From the NCBI GenBank assembly GCA_012295275.1, contig CM022670.1, positions 16,430,001-16,494,000 on the forward strand: a stretch of DNA of 64,000 bases, read 5' to 3'. The notes under the pieces were generated by a model that was not told where the DNA came from, ran no database searches, and saw only the letters and a program-made list of their open reading frames with translations. The stretch comes from Chrysomallon squamiferum (taxonomy: Eukaryota > Animalia > Mollusca). Shown here in pieces: positions 27,535 through 40,423 of the stretch; the first letter of the stretch is position 1; each line of letters opens with the position of its first letter. Position numbers and translations under genes: made by a program.

Positions 27535-29017
27535 GTAGTATTTTAAATATATATTGTGTTACTATCAACTCTCTGTCGATTCATCTTAGATAAGCTTTAA
27601 GTGTTTAAGTTACTGTGCTGTTTTTATGCTTATCTCAGTCTGGATTACATTCCCATATCAACAAAACCGGTTTCCAGCCCAGTTCAGATAATCAAATATT
27701 GAAAATAACTGAGGATCACAACAGCAACAACTACAATAATAACAATTATCATAAATAATAATAAAAAAAAAAAAATAAAAAAAATAATTAAAAAAATAAA
27801 AATACAACTGTATAACTATACAATATCTAAGAGTCGCCATTTGTCTGTAATTAGACGTCATTTTTCTCTAAGGTTGTTTTTAGTGTTGTCTTTGAAAAAA
27901 AAAAAGACAGGAATCGGTCCGTCATGTACGCAATGACATCACGACTTCAGTTCTGAAGAATTAAATAGCGGCGGTCAGGCATTTTGTAAGAGTAATATTT
28001 TATTTTCATAACTCGTCGCAAAGAACATTAAAATAATAAGTGTGAAATATAAATTTATTAATCCATTAATTTGTTCCGCACAGGTAAACTTTTAAGACGA
28101 ACGTTATATATGTTTCTTTAACTTCCTTAAGTAAAAGAGACGCCAGAAGGGAGATAATTCTAGTTACATAAATATAATAAAAAACGGGAATTATTGCCCA
28201 TAACGATAGGAGATGATGTGTTAAGATTTCTTCCCTTTCTTAGTTCAGCTTTTACTTTCATTTTGTTTACAAAGGCTGCACAAAGTATAAAGATATTTAC
28301 TATTTATAGTTTTATTATTAATAGCTACAACAACAGTAGTAATAGTAATAGCAATAATGGTAGTAATGTAATATACATGTTTTAGTATTATAGTAGTAGT
28401 AATAGTATTTTAATAGTAATTTTAGTAGTGGTAATTAATGGTTCTAGTACAATAGTTCAGAACTGACTAATGTGTATAACAAAAAGATTTATAAAACTAG
28501 TTTACTGATAGTAATCGACTGAGTGCTGTCTACTGTGAATAAATCAGAAGCACAATCAAACCTCTTTAGTCACCTCTCATAACGCTTACCGCTCCCAAAA
28601 TACTTGAGTACCTTTCGTTTGCATATAAGTATGCGTTAATTTATCGCCACCCGATATCAAAGTTTTGACACACTCTAATACAAATGCATGGTAAAATCAC
28701 CCGATAAACAGCTACCAGCCGATCTCTTGTAACAATCATCACCTCTGTATAAATCATATTCCTTCTAACCGTTTTACAACTTTAAAACATTAAGACTTCC
28801 CCAGTCAAATTTTCAGTGCTTCATAAATAAAAAAAATGTTATATAAGTGTATAAAGAAGTAACCCAATAGTTTCCCCTTTCCTCGTGTTTTATATTACTG
28901 AACAATAAGGGAATTCATATTGAATCCCTCATTTTAAAACAAACATTTATTATCCGGCTGTTCAAGAAAAAGCGAATAAGAAGAATATAGACAATGTAAA
29001 TGGTTCAGTGATCAACA

Positions 29018-29569
29018 CTTTTTTGGTTTTTTACATTAATTCGTGTTTTTGAACTCAGAATATTTTAATAAGACAGCGAGACAAGCAATAGCGTATTTTG
29101 GCCCAGTACTGAGGTTTGGTACCTGCGGTAATTCATGACCTGAGAAAATTCGTTAAACCACCCTGTTCGTTATAACGAATAAAATGAGTTGAGCATAACT
29201 AACGGCGTTGTAAAGAGGTTTGACTGTCGTTTATTATTTATCGCTTTGATCAACGATCAGTGAATTTAATAACATTTTGTTAAAAGTATCTATGGCTTTT
29301 TTTTCCTTTTTTTGTTGTTGTAAATAATTCCAAAATTTCTATATATTTCAGATTCTGTATTAATAATTTAAAGAGATAGTTTGCGTTTGTATCTATGTAC
29401 ATGTCGTGTGAGTGTAGTATATGTGTGAATATGTGTACGTGTGTGTAAATGTGTATAAGTGTAGGCCTACTTGTATGAACTAGTGTTTATATAATTATAG
29501 AAGTAAAGATGTAGGTGTGTGATTTCTTTATTTCTTGTCTGAATCTGAGGAGCATGTCAGAATAATAAC

Positions 29570-29623
<54 letters not shown>
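29018..29623 (+). repeat. Dispersed repeat copy 2 (see 3647-4250)
   Basis: Direct alignment by eye with copy 1; ends in a long (AAT)n tract. Confidence 0.85.
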
Positions 29624-29627
<4 letters not shown>

Positions 29628-32600
29628 TAAATAAAATATATCGGAATGTATAGCTTAAGCAAATATATATCATTATTTATATAATGCAAATAGATTATTG
29701 TAATACACTGATTTTGTTCTGAGTGACTAAATGACAGAGAGAAAAAGGGGACTATCAAATTATTATATTTAGTATTTTCTTATCTCATTGCTTTCTTAAC
29801 AGAAGATTACTAATAAAATAAAATGTGTCCAGTTGACCTGTTATATTAACTGTTTTTCTTTATTTAATTGGGTTTTTTTTTTTTTCAGAAGAAGATTACT
29901 AATAAACGACGTATTTAAAATTCTCGTTTTTCACAACATTAATGGTCTCTTTTGAAAAGTTCTGTAAAACCACCAGTGTAAATGAATAAGCAGAACACGT
30001 TTGTTTTTCTACGCATTAAGGAAAACGTTGTAAAGAAACCTAAGACTAAATCGTTATACGTGTTTCAAAATTTACAGGCTACGTTTTTATTTTGGCTTTT
30101 GGATGGTCAGCGTCCCTTTGTGTTTGCTAAAAGATTTTTGCACAAACAATGACCAGTCGCTTCTGTGTAATTAACAAAAGACGACATGGGACAGTTTTAC
30201 TCAATTACTTTTTATTGTATTTTTTTTAAAAATACACATTCGTCGTTATTCGATTCAGTTTAGTGAGTTAATGTTATTAAATTTATTTCTCTAATAATAT
30301 GAATGTGATTTTGAAAAAAAAAAAAACGGTGCATGTTAAAAGCAATTTTCATACGGTATTTCATCCAGTAGTTAAAAATAGTTAAAAAAACCCACCCCCA
30401 AAAACAATCCCTGGTGGAAAAGTGCTATGCCTTTGTAAAAAAATGGGACGTCATAAATTACCCATCCCAGAATCTGTCCCTGTCGGCATAGGTGTAAATA
30501 TTCACATAGACGAGTTTGTTTAAAACGCTGAACAGAGTGCTATCACCTCAAGAATAAACTTTGCTGTTTAGGTATCCGCAGTTATTAATTTTTACAGTAT
30601 GATCAGGAATAAACGAGCGCGGTGCAAAACGGAGTTTATCAAAGATAAATACGAGGTAAAATATCTGTGTGTTTTTCTGTTTTAATCGTCCCGCACGTAC
30701 ACGCTCGTCGATATTAAAGTGTTTGTAAAGATACAATTGTTTCAAAGACCTTATGCGCTGTGCAAAATAAAGCTTTTCGTTATATTTGAAAGGGTTGTTG
30801 ATTTCGGCGCCAAAACCAATATGGAATGTTTTCTTTGGATGTTTGGTATTGGCATGTTTTCAGTCACGAGGACTGGCAGTATCCTTAAAGCACCTGCAAT
30901 GTAAACCTTATCGATTTTGCGGACGTGACCCTTTGACCTCAAATAAAATTTGAAAAAATAGTTTTGTTTTTGTTCACCACATTGGGAACTCAATTTTGAA
31001 AGAGGAGAGCTAAAGTTATAAGTCGTTCTGCTTAACAGAATTAAATTTACAAGAGTTTAGAATAACTGTTCTTGAACTATTTCATTATTATTCATCCTCG
31101 AGTCTTTACAACAAATTTCATTCACCCATGACTAAATTTCCTAATATTTTTTGGTAATTTTTGTTTTAATTTCCCTTCTAGTTTCATTCAGCCTTGGGCT
31201 AAACGCTGAACAGTTTACGAAGCAATGTTATAGAGACTCTCCATCTAACAGTAGATCTTAATCCAGATAGTTTATATTTTAGTTTGTGGATATCGAAACT
31301 TTTTGGACACACGCCTTATCTCACATCCTGAAAAATTTTGATTCCTCCATTGTATAAAAGCCAACCAAGTTCTGAAAACTTTTAGCACATAGAGTATTAA
31401 TTAATATATTTCACAAAACCAATCAAATTTAATAATTGACTTATTATCTTTTTTTTATGGCAAGATATCTTGGCCATTGACACCAACGGGTTCAGAAAAA
31501 CCTACTCTTAATACATCATATTCAAATGTTCTTCATTTGAAGCGTATGCCGCACGTGTAAACCAAAAGTAGGAGGGAAATACATGTGGCTGAAAAATCAA
31601 TACACAAATGTATGTATACATGTACATATGTACGTATTGATGTATGTTGGTCTGTATATATATCTATCTGGATATGTATGTGTATCTGTAGGTATTTATT
31701 TATCAATATATATCTATATATAGATGTGTGCGTGCGCGTATATCTGTAGGTGTGTGTATGTTAATATGTATGTATGTATTTACGTATGTATATTTATATA
31801 TGCAAACAAAATCCTCGATTTCATGTATCTTAATTCAACGAAACTTTACGATAAGATAAAAAAAAAAGAGTAAAATTAAAAAAAAAATATATACTCTGTA
31901 TTGGATAACAAAACACTTAAACTTGTTAAAGAATCCACCATTTGTTTCATAAACGTGTATAGATTATATGAGCTTTGACCTTTTGACACCCGCTATGGGC
32001 CTCTATATCTGCATAATGTGGGGGACCAAGTGTGATTTAGCGCCCATTACTCGGGGCCCGTTCTTGGTCTATGCGGCCAAAAATAATGGTGTGTGTGTTT
32101 GTTTTTGTTTTTTTGTTCATATGTACACACGTGTGCTTGCATGTGTAATTATTCATATATATATGTATGCCTTTATGGAAATTAGCTGAGATATGTCTTG
32201 ATTAAAAAACCAAAAAAAAATACAAACAAAAACAAACAGAACATGAGTATTTCGATCTAAAAAAGACAACGATGTTGTTAGCAGTGCAGGAAATACTATC
32301 TAAACGACAATATTTGTTTGTACAACACGTGAGCAAAGCGACCCGCTCATTGAGATAACAGAAATCCTAAAACAAATAAAACAGTTTTCACATCACCACT
32401 ATAAGAGTCCGTGTGCCCGAATTCATCACCATTGTTCTCATACCCATTGTCTTTAATTTGTTATAGAACAACAACGACAGCAGCAACAACAACAATAACA
32501 ACAACAACAACAACAACAATAATAAATAACAATAATAATTATTATTTTATTTAATACAAAATGATAAAAATGACTTTGCCTATAAACCAACCAAGAAGTA

Positions 32601-32889
32601 TAATAATAAATATTTAATACCCAACGACAAAAATTTATTTCTTCAGAAAGTATCCTGTACAGCAACGAAATAATATTTCTATTGTAAATACAATAATATT
32701 TTGACCATTTTAATTTTTAAATGGTTATGCCTTAATTTATTTTCATTTTCTATTCTGGAAGAAGAAGAAAAAAAATATTTACATATATATAAAAATAATA
32801 ATTTATATATGGAAAAATTATTTAGAAATATTTAGGAGTTATTTTTGGTATGTCGGGTAAATTAATGGCAGTATTTTAAGACTCAATAT

Positions 32890-34285
32890 TAGTGAATAAC
32901 ATAACTTTACTGAATAATATGACTAATTTTTAAAAAGTATGACTACTCTGTGTATGATTCTTCTGACTAAACATGGCTCTTTTGAATAACAAAACTAATG
33001 ACTGATTTACACAACTATTGAAAGATGACTTCAGTTATTAAATTCAAAATACTGAATAACATGACTATTGAATACATGACTCTAATTATTGAATAACATG
33101 ACTGTGTTGGATACAAGATTCTAATACAGAATAACATGACTGTATAAGATATATGACTAATTACAGAATAACATGACTATGTTGGATACATGACTCAAAT
33201 TACTGAATAATATAACTATATTGGATACATGATTCTAATTACTGAATAACATGACTCTGTTAAATACATGACTCTAATTACTGAATAACAGGACTGTAGT
33301 TATTGAATAACTACCATGTTAAATACATGACTCATTTTACTGAATGACATGACTGTTAGATACATGACTCTAATTATAAAATAACATGATTCTGTTAAAT
33401 ATGTGACTCTAATTATTGAATAACATGATTGTTAAATATATGACTGCAATTACTGAATAACATGACTGTGTTAGATACATGACTTTAGTTAATGAATAAT
33501 ATGACTACCGAATACATGATTCCAGTTACCAAATAACATGACTACTGAATACATGACTCTAATTACTGGATAGCATGACTCTAAATACAGACTAACATAA
33601 CATGGTTGGATATATGACTCTAATTACTGAATAAAATGACTATGTTGGATACATCATCTAATTATTGAACAGCATAACTATGTTGGATACATGATTCTAA
33701 ATACTGAATAACATAACATTGTTGGATACATAACTCCAGTTCCTGAATAACAGAACTCTGTTGTATATATGACACTAATTACTGAAATATCATAACTATA
33801 CTAAATTCATGATTATAATTACTGAATAATATTATTGTGTTACGTGCATAATGACTCTAATTATTGAATAACAATACTGGGTTGGATAATGACTCTAATT
33901 ATTGAATAACATGACCATGTTGGATACATGACTCTAATTTCTGAACATCATGACTATGTTGGATACATGACTCTAATTATTGAATAATATCACTGTGTTG
34001 ATATATGACTCTAATTACAGAATAACATAAGTATTGAATATATGACTGTAATTACATAATAAAATAACTTTTAGCTACATGACTCTATTCTGAACAACAT
34101 GACTGTTGAAAATATCACTCTAATTACTGAGTACCATGACTGTGTTGGATGCATGACTATTTGCTAAATAACAAGTCTATGTTGGATACAAGACTCTTTA
34201 AAGAATAACAGTCTGTTGGACACATAATTCTAATCGCTATATTCATACCTCAGAAAACTGAATAACATGATACATTATTCTAATC
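32890..34285. repeat. Minisatellite array, ~40 bp unit (ctctaattactgaataacatgactatgttggatacatga) with two acatgact sub-repeats
   Basis: Many diverged adjacent copies; degenerate related copies near 36665-36800. Confidence 0.9.
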
Positions 34286-37200
34286 GATGAAAATCTTGAC
34301 AATGAAGAATATGTATATCCAATTTTCCAGTGAATGTGTTATTATTCTGAGATCTGAGGAATAGAAATTATTTTAACGTCCAGCATTCTGAAACGAACAC
34401 ATGTTAATATTTTGCTTCATTTTTTTACTAGCAGCATGTTATATGAAGAACCAGAGAAATATTTTTGATCTTATATTTTCTTTTTTAGTCATTCAGGTCC
34501 TTACATTTCATATTAATAGTTTTTAGTGCTTTAATTTGTTTTTTGTTTAGTCCTATCATATTATATATTGTGATGACATTTTTTTCTAGCACTGTCTGTT
34601 TATAATAATATAAGAAAGACACAGAATGATTTTAGAATATCGTTTATTATTCATCAGCATTTATTTGTTATGATTCTCTTCTTTTTATCATAATTATTTA
34701 GGTGTCTTTTTAAAATATTTTATATGTAAATATTTGTTTTTTTGTGAACATATCGTTATTTTTGCTTTCTTCTTCTTATTTTTTTTTTTTAAATATTTAA
34801 ATTTTGAAGAATTAACATTAAATTGATAAGGAAAATTATTATAATTAACGATTGAAAATGACTTTTAACAACAGATTTTTCAACTTATTGTTCTGTGTAT
34901 GTATGTATGTATGTATGTATGTATATATATCTTGTATTTTTTATGCATGTATGTATATATATATGTTTTTGTATATGCGTTATGTATATATATGCATATG
35001 TTTGTATGTATGTATTTATATGTTTAGATGTAATATCGTTTCGCGAACTTTTGATACATAGCTTCAGTTGTTTTTCAAGAGAAGTATGAATGGCATTCAC
35101 ACACTGGTATTTGTTACATTTTCTCCTGGAAAAGCTGGGTGGACATGGCAGAATCTTATCGCTTGGCCGCGAAGTGTTCATGTAGTGCAAAGAAAGACAA
35201 AAGCAAGGTTCTAACCAGATTGCCACTGTTTCTTTCTCTCCACCTTAACCATATATTGACTTTGTGTTAGATGTTTTCCATCTCATGTCAAACAAGACTC
35301 CTAGTTTTCGGTATGGAGATTGACACAAAGTTTCCTACAAGAACGAGTCACGTGTTTCTGCAGCAAATTTGCATTGGCGCATAGTTCTGCCCATGTTCCT
35401 CGGAGTCTGCTTTAGTATGATCCTATGTTCAATATTATCTCATTCCTTCGCAGCTTTCTCGCGGGAAACAGACCTCTGCCGTCTGCCAGTGAGCTCAGCC
35501 GCTGACCATGGGATACAGGCTAAGATTCCCAGCACAGTCTGCTAGTCCTGCTGGTGATCTCGAGTCCACTGGATCAGGTAAGTAGCTTTTCTTGAGTTAA
35601 TACTTCACGTACAGAGGAAAAAGGATGTGGTTGCAGCAGTTTCGAAAATACTTTTCTTTCGTTAACTTATAAATGAAATCCAAAATTTAAAAAATAACAT
35701 TTGAAAGTTTTCAATTTTATACAGTGATGGTTTAATGCATATAAAAGTAGGGGAAAAAACGTTCAGAATTTTTAATTTTTAAAAAAAAATTATACTATTA
35801 TTATTATCTTTTATTTTTTTTTTTTGTATTTTGAAGCAGATGATTTTCTATAATTCTAAGATTGTTTTTATTATTTTTTTAATCTTAGCAAAATTTGCAC
35901 TTTATTCAGAACGACAAAAAAGCCTTTTTCTCTCTTACATTTCTTTTGAAAGTTCGTTTTTCAAGAAAAATAACAATTAAATCTTTTTCTTTTCTTTCTT
36001 TTTGATTTTAATCATGATACATTTATGTTTTCTTTTTCTGTCGATTATTTTTTTCACCAGTAATATTTAATTAGATACGGTATATTACTGGCTATTATTA
36101 AAAAAACGTATGATGAAATGTAAAAAACTAAATTTCAACCATAACTATTTCTGTACGGCTATTCATTCATAATGATATTTCAAGCAGTTGAAAACTAATA
36201 CAAAAAGAATATAATAATAATCATAATAATAAAGAAAGAAAGAAATTAAAGAAGAAAAAAAAAAATGAAAACCAAAAGAAGATAAATCAGTTTATTACAT
36301 ATATGGTGTTAAATATTATAATATTTTCACAACAAAGATATAATACAGTGTTTAAATTTAATAAATCTTGAAAGTGAATTAACTATTTAAACAACCTTTG
36401 CAAATTAAAACTGAGAAGTAACTAATGTTATAAGGATTCCCATTATTATACGGATATCAATCTGATAACATGTACAATCATTTCGTACAAATTAAGATAA
36501 CAAAAGATTAACATAGTGTGTAATTTTACTGGGTTTTTTATTCGTTTCAGACACAACATGAAAAAGACCCCAGACTCTAACAAGTAGTAAACTTTGTGTA
36601 TTTAGTGTTTCACTTAACTTTAAGTGTTTTTCATTTATTAAATACTAGAATCTTAAATATTTTAAACTGAGTAAAATGACTACTGGATGCATTATTTTAA
36701 TTCCTATACCTCAAATTACTGAATAAAATGACAATTCGAGACGATTTCAAATGCCATTATTTTTGAAGTTTGATACATTATTTTAATTACTGAATTATAT
36801 ATGCTGGCTGATAATAAATAAGATTACAAACAATTTTATATTTTAAATATATTTACATAAAAAATATCAATTATTCAGAAAATACTATTTGCAGATATTT
36901 ATTATTATTATTGATTTATTTTAAATTCTTAATGTTTTTTCTTTTTATTGTTTTTAGTTTTTAATTTTTGTAAAAATAATTTTAAAATGGAGATTATGAA
37001 TTTTTGGAATTTTAAAAAAATCCACATTTATTTCTTATATTTTTTATATTACTTTTTAAAATAAAAACAAAAAAACACTTTGTGTGATAAGCCTAGGTTT
37101 ATCAGTGTTTAGTATAAAATGTAACTTGTAATCTAACGATAAAGCAACCATGTAGTCAACAACGATAAAAACTGATAAAACTACTTCACTTGTCACTGAA

Positions 37201-38045
37201 ATATAGTTAAAATAAAATGCAAGTAATTCACTGTAGTTATAAAAAATAATTAATTTCAAAATTACTTTTGATATTAAAAATTAAATTAGAAATAACTATC
37301 GTTATTCAGAAAAATTTAATCCAGATCTTTAAAACTTAATAATCAAACCTATAAAAACTATTTGAAAAATGTAAACCAGAACTGTTAAACGAGATACACA
37401 AGCATGCTTTATTAGTTTCTTTGAGATTTAATTTACCAGGAGTAAAAACACAGAACCTATGTGAAAAAAAAAAAAAAAACTAAACTAACTAACTAACTAA
37501 ATAAATAAATAAATAAAATAATTAATAAAAATAATTTAAATAAATAAAATACAAACAAATAAATAAATAAAAATACAAATAATTTTTTTTCCGTTAATAC
37601 TTTTGACAATATATCATAATTAAGATAGTTTCAAAAAGAAATTGTAACGTTTTTCCCTGGCTAGAATATTAACAGCAACTTACCTGAACAACACAACAGT
37701 GACATTCCTCTGTACAATCAACCTCTGATAAATCACTCGTAAAGCTGAAATACTGCGTTGTCGGGAGCGCCAGTCGGTACTTTTAATTTCTTCTTCTTTC
37801 CATGGCGACCGAAATCAAGATCAGAAAGAAAGAAAAAAACTTTGATCTTGCCTCAGGCTGCGTGTTACTCGTTCATTTTGCCCGTGGAACTGAATTTGAT
37901 GATCAGAGGTACATGCAGTGCCATCGATCAAAAAATGTGTTATTAACCGAGTCTTTACATGCTTATGTCATCTGCTTACCTACCGAAGTCATGAAAGTGC
38001 ATTTATCATTGGAAGCCATAGTTGACATAAATACAGGTAAACTTT

Positions 38046-38128
<83 letters not shown>

Positions 38129-38399
38129 GTACGTTTACTTAAAACAATTTATTTTATTTGTTTAACGTGACGAAAAAGCACTTTTTTTTTTTTTTTTTTT
38201 CTTCAAAAAGTGGCAAGGCGTGGTGGTGTCACGGGTCTCTTCTAGGTAAGGTCATGACTATTTGACTTTTCATTCACAACCAAGACACTGCAGTGTTGTG
38301 AAGAAGAAGAAGAAGAAGAAAAAGCCGTCTGTTCAACGTGTTGAAGTCTCTGGCACGGTGGAGAACAACGACGAAGAGAAGGGATGATGCAGTGGGTAA

Positions 38400-38486
38400 C
38401 GGTTCTTCAATATTTCGGGAATAACGGCATAATGCAGCTGATGTTTAATATCGTATTATGCTGCTATTCACGAGATACCAGGACCG
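38400..38486 (+). ncRNA. mir-1993: microRNA mir-1993 hairpin (pre-miRNA 38415-38475; mature 3p TATTATGCTGCTATTCACGAGA at 38454-38475)
   Basis: Mature sequence matches remembered lophotrochozoan miR-1993; 5p arm TCGGGAATAACGGCATAATGC pairs with it with only two mismatches and a 2-nt 3' overhang; lower stem cggttct/aggaccg; CNNC (CGAC) 16 nt downstream. Confidence 0.93.
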
Positions 38487-38799
38487 GAAGCGACGCGCGC
38501 ACGTGATGACGTTACGTTCACCTTGTTGATAACGGAATTTTGTAGCGGCGAAGTTCAAAGGAAAATACCTGACTTCTCAGGTATGTTTCAGATGGACGGG
38601 AAAAATCAACACAGTATGGAACATGTCCTAGATGCTGCAGCTTATGGAAATACTTTTAAAACACAAAAATAATTTTAAATTCTTTGTATATTAATGAAGA
38701 TCTCTGTCTATGGAAATGTACTGGAGGAGTGATAGTGTTAATACTGGATTATCAGTACATAAATTGACATTAATGCCACGTTTCCTGCTTGTGTTTTTT

Positions 38800-40010
38800 T
38801 TATTGGATTAATACAACGTATTAAACGTAGTATTAACATTATCAGTAATAGATACAATACTAATGCTGACATTAACAATGTTAGATATAAACAGACATTA
38901 TGAAAATTTGCAGTATTATATAAAATAATGTTATTATCGGAATAAGATACACTACTAACGTTATTAACATAACATTTTAATATTAACGGTTTTACATGTA
39001 GTACTATCATTATTAACATTAACAGTTTTACATATAATACTAACGTTACAATTATTAACACTTCTAGATATAATGCTAAGAATGTTAACATTAACAGTTT
39101 CACATATAATACTAACATTATAATTATTAACAGTTTTAGATATGATACTAACATTTTTAGTATTAACACTTTTACATATAATACTAATGTTATTAACATT
39201 AACAGTTTTAGATATAATACTGACTTTATTACTACTAACACTTTTAGATATAATACTAACTCTATTACTATTAACAATTATTAACATTTATATTATTATA
39301 TAAAATAAGATTATTAACATTAATAATATCAGATTTAATAACATTATATTATTATTAAATAACAATATCAACATTATCAGCTATAATACTAACTCTATTA
39401 TTAAGTGTTAGATATAACACCAACTTTATAAACATTGACATAATCCAATTGAATACCAACGTTATTAACATCAACAGTATTAGATATAAAATTAATGTTA
39501 TTTATATTAACAATATTTAGATATAATAACATTAATAGCATTAGATTTTATATGAACATTATTAAGATAAACAATATTAGACAAATTATAACGTTACTGA
39601 TATTAATAATATAAGTTATTATCAACATTAACATTAATAGTTATAATGCCAATGTTATTAGCAGCATTAGTTATAACGCCAATGTTATTAACAGTTATTA
39701 GTATTAGATAAAATTGATAAAATGATAACTATTAACATTGACAGTGCCAGATATAATACCAAAATTATTAACAGTGTTATTCATATTAACGTTATTAGCA
39801 TTAACATTATTAAATATACTAAGTTTAAAATTAACAGTATTAGATCGGATAATACTGTTATTAACATTAACAATTAAAGATATACAATGTAATAGTTATG
39901 TTATTAACAATAACAGTATTACATAAAATGTCAAAGCTGATAACGCTAGCTGACATAACTCTAACGTTACTAACATTAACAATATATATGTAATATTAAC
40001 GTCATTAACA
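38800..40010. repeat. Minisatellite array, ~36 bp unit (ttaacagttttagatataatactaacgttattaaca)
   Basis: Periodic copies; produces spurious ORFs with 12-aa periodicity. Confidence 0.85.
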
Positions 40011-40370
40011 CTACTGTTCCTGCTACAACTACTACCACTGCTACTATTACTACTACTATGACGCCCACCATTACTATTAGTATTACAGCCACTACCAATA
40101 CTACTACTACTACTACTACTACTGCTGCTGCTGTTGTTGTTGCAGTAGTAGTAGTTGCGATGGTAATGATACCTTTTTTTTTTTAATTACAATAATTTTT
40201 TCAGTTCATCTGAAATCACCCAGTCATCATAATATATCAGCCGAATGGACTCAGTCTGAATAATTAATCATTACCACATATATTAATGTCAGATAGTTTT
40301 GTTAATTCTTCGGACTGTATGTTCATTAACTGCACGACACTAACGACTGCATCATCATCATCATCATCTA

Positions 40371-40423
<53 letters not shown>

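Noticed and set aside
32890-34285. CRISPR-like periodicity
   Set aside because: Eukaryotic context; units are contiguous diverged repeats without unique spacers
38273-38302. TCACAACC (miR-67/307-like seed) with an 8-bp inverted repeat next to mir-1993
   Set aside because: Stem too short for a pre-miRNA and the 3' part does not match the family
38738-39287. 179-aa and 107-aa minus-strand ORFs
   Set aside because: Translations of the 36-bp minisatellite (12-aa periodicity)
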